Source: Schmidtea nova
Lineage: Eukaryota
Assembly (NCBI GenBank): GCA_044892505.1
Contig: CM097882.1
Span: 438,898,001-438,962,000 of the forward strand
DNA length: 64,000 nucleotides
Reading direction: 5' to 3'
The notes beneath the pieces are model-generated. The model had not been told where the DNA came from, ran no database searches, and saw only the letters and a list, made by a program, of their open reading frames with translations. Position numbers and translations under genes: made by a program. Shown piece after piece: positions 62,136-64,000 of the stretch. Every line of letters begins with the position of its first letter. Position 1 is the stretch's first letter.

Positions 62136-62780
62136 TTTATTATTTATATTATTTTTATAATCAAATTACTCTTTACTTACCTCTGTTAATCTTGCAGCTT
62201 GATTGCATTACCTTTATTAAACTTGCACTTACAATGCCATGTGAGTCACAAAGTGTTGTGTCACTTAATATTTAATTCTGACTTAGAAAAAAATTTCAAG
62301 TTTTTTATATCTGAGCTACTTAATTCTGACATAAAATTATTATATTTGACATGCATAATTCTAACTTAGAAAAATTTTCAAGTTTTTTATATTTGACCTA
62401 CTTATTTCTGACAGAAAAAATTTAAAATTATATTTGATCTACTTTGTTGACCTTAAAGTATCCTTAATTCTGACTTAGAACAATTTTGAAAATTATTATT
62501 AACCTAATTAATTCTGACAGAAATATTCAAAAATTATTATTGACCTACTTAATTTGTCCTCATTGTGACCCGATAACAATATTGACCTACCTTTTTTGTC
62601 CTTAAAGTGTCATTTAACCATAAATTTGACATTAAATCGACTTTGGCCTACTTTTTGACCTAAAAGGGTTATTAAGCGAAAATTTTGACCTTAAAGTGTC
62701 CTTAAATTGACTTACATAAAATTTTTTTTCTAGTGGGGTGTCTTAACCTATATCTGATGGGCTCACGTCCTACTACTACT
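62100..62780 (-). repeat. Family C repeat, inverted copy
   Basis: Reverse complement of the 34647-35250 region, including the terminal GTAGTAGGA(T/C)GTGAGCC...ATCAGATATAGG. Confidence 0.85.
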
Positions 62781-63254
62781 TATGTTTTAGTGTTTATTTT
62801 TGCTGTCTCAATTTCATTTCCCCGGATTAAACTGATTTTAAAAGGAGCCTTTCGGACCATCGGTCAACAATTTCCAATGCGTGGAAGAAACCAAACTGAA
62901 GAGTCGGAACGAGTTTTCAAATCATAATCTTATTTAACTATATAGGTCGGCTAGGGTAAAATAAAATTAAGGAGGAATAGGCGGGACAATATTCAGATAT
63001 TGTAGGGAATAAATAGGCGTAGATGTTAAAGATCATAAAGTGATGTTATATAAAGTTGGGAGTTGATAAATTTAAGAAGACTTTTTAAGTAAAGAGTAAT
63101 TATGACCATAAGACGTTCTATCGGAATCAAGAACCCAAAAGAGAGAATTGTAATGAGGAGTATTTTTGGCAGCAAAGTTCATCTGTTAATTGAATTCTCG
63201 CTTCACTGTATACATTACCTATACAGATTACCAGAGAATAAGTATGGGTACACG

Positions 63255-63859
63255 CAGGGGTGTGTTGCCAAAGTCTCGCTAATAAAAAACAAACAATTTT
63301 ATATTTTAATTATATTGAAATAAGATTATACATATAATGCACTAATCATACATTTTTATAAACTGTATAACAGCGGAAAATGAAGTAGGCATATGAAGTC
63401 CTCATTAATGCATTAATATAAGCTTCATATACCTAATTCATTTCCCGAAAACTTCTTCTCGACCCTTTTTTCACTCTCGTCTCCGTTGTTTGTCTTTGAT
63501 TTTCATTTATCCACGACTTTACCATCGGTGTTGCATCGAAATCATTGACTGGCTTTCCCAATAAATTTATGGGCAATAGATCTGCAATGTGATCTATTGT
63601 TAAGCTAGCTCTTAATTTTGTTACAATTGTATTCATCAAACTATATATTATATTATTCACACTTTATTTTAAAATAAATTTATTGTTTTTCAGTAAATGA
63701 CAATAAATTTTTTTATATCTAACGAAAAATAAAGTCAACAATGAAGTGTGCATTAATTTTAACAATGCAATAAAACTGAATTTGGTATTAATTTCATTAA
63801 CATTTATCAGACACATATCGGGAAGGGACGGATCAAAAATCCGGCTCAATCACCCCCTG
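63255..63859 (-). mobile_element. Non-autonomous hAT element (605 bp)
   Basis: TIRs CAGGGG(G)TG; 8-bp TSD GGTACACG; C-terminal fragment TKLRASLTIDHIADLLPINLLG...FDATPMVKSW. Confidence 0.9.
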
Positions 63860-64000
63860 GGTACACGAGTGAGAGAGTTTTAACATTTTCATGACGGTGT
63901 TGATTACAGTAATCCCTAGTAAAAAAATTTTAATAACCCACATACCAACATTAGCAAGCTTGGTAATAGTCTCTTGCTTCTTTTAAAAGTATAATTTGAT

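Overview
AT-rich animal genomic DNA with very short (45-52 nt) introns; a flatworm such as a planarian is plausible but unproven. The window is almost entirely nested mobile DNA around one clear host gene, selenoprotein T (16512-17409; CYSU motif, 3' SECIS). The main element is a 13.3-kb Ty3/Gypsy LTR retrotransposon (1344-14680) with apparently identical 1004-bp LTRs, a CAGT target-site duplication (TSD) and a tRNA-His primer-binding site (PBS). Its broken reading frames reconstruct to an unusual virus-like order: Gag, ubiquitin-like domain, AT-hook, Bcl-2-like domain, signal anchor, chuvirus/gB-type glycoprotein, TM, protease, RT, RNase H, integrase, signal peptide, FN3 domain, Thr-rich stalk, TM, and a tail ending STQV. 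A separate 3' ORF carries a catalytically degenerate REX4/ISG20-like exonuclease. A second Gypsy (48624-54047) has a ubiquitin-like domain ending LRLRGG fused directly to Gag, and its LTR appears to carry RPS5 and PTB mRNA fragments. Also present: three more decayed Gypsy elements, two large ORF-bearing solo LTRs with TSDs, one near-intact hAT and several non-autonomous hATs, a Penelope-like relic with a hammerhead ribozyme, and TBP-like and adenain-like ORFs suggesting a Polinton or DNA-virus relic. All domain calls come from manual motif recognition, not database searches.
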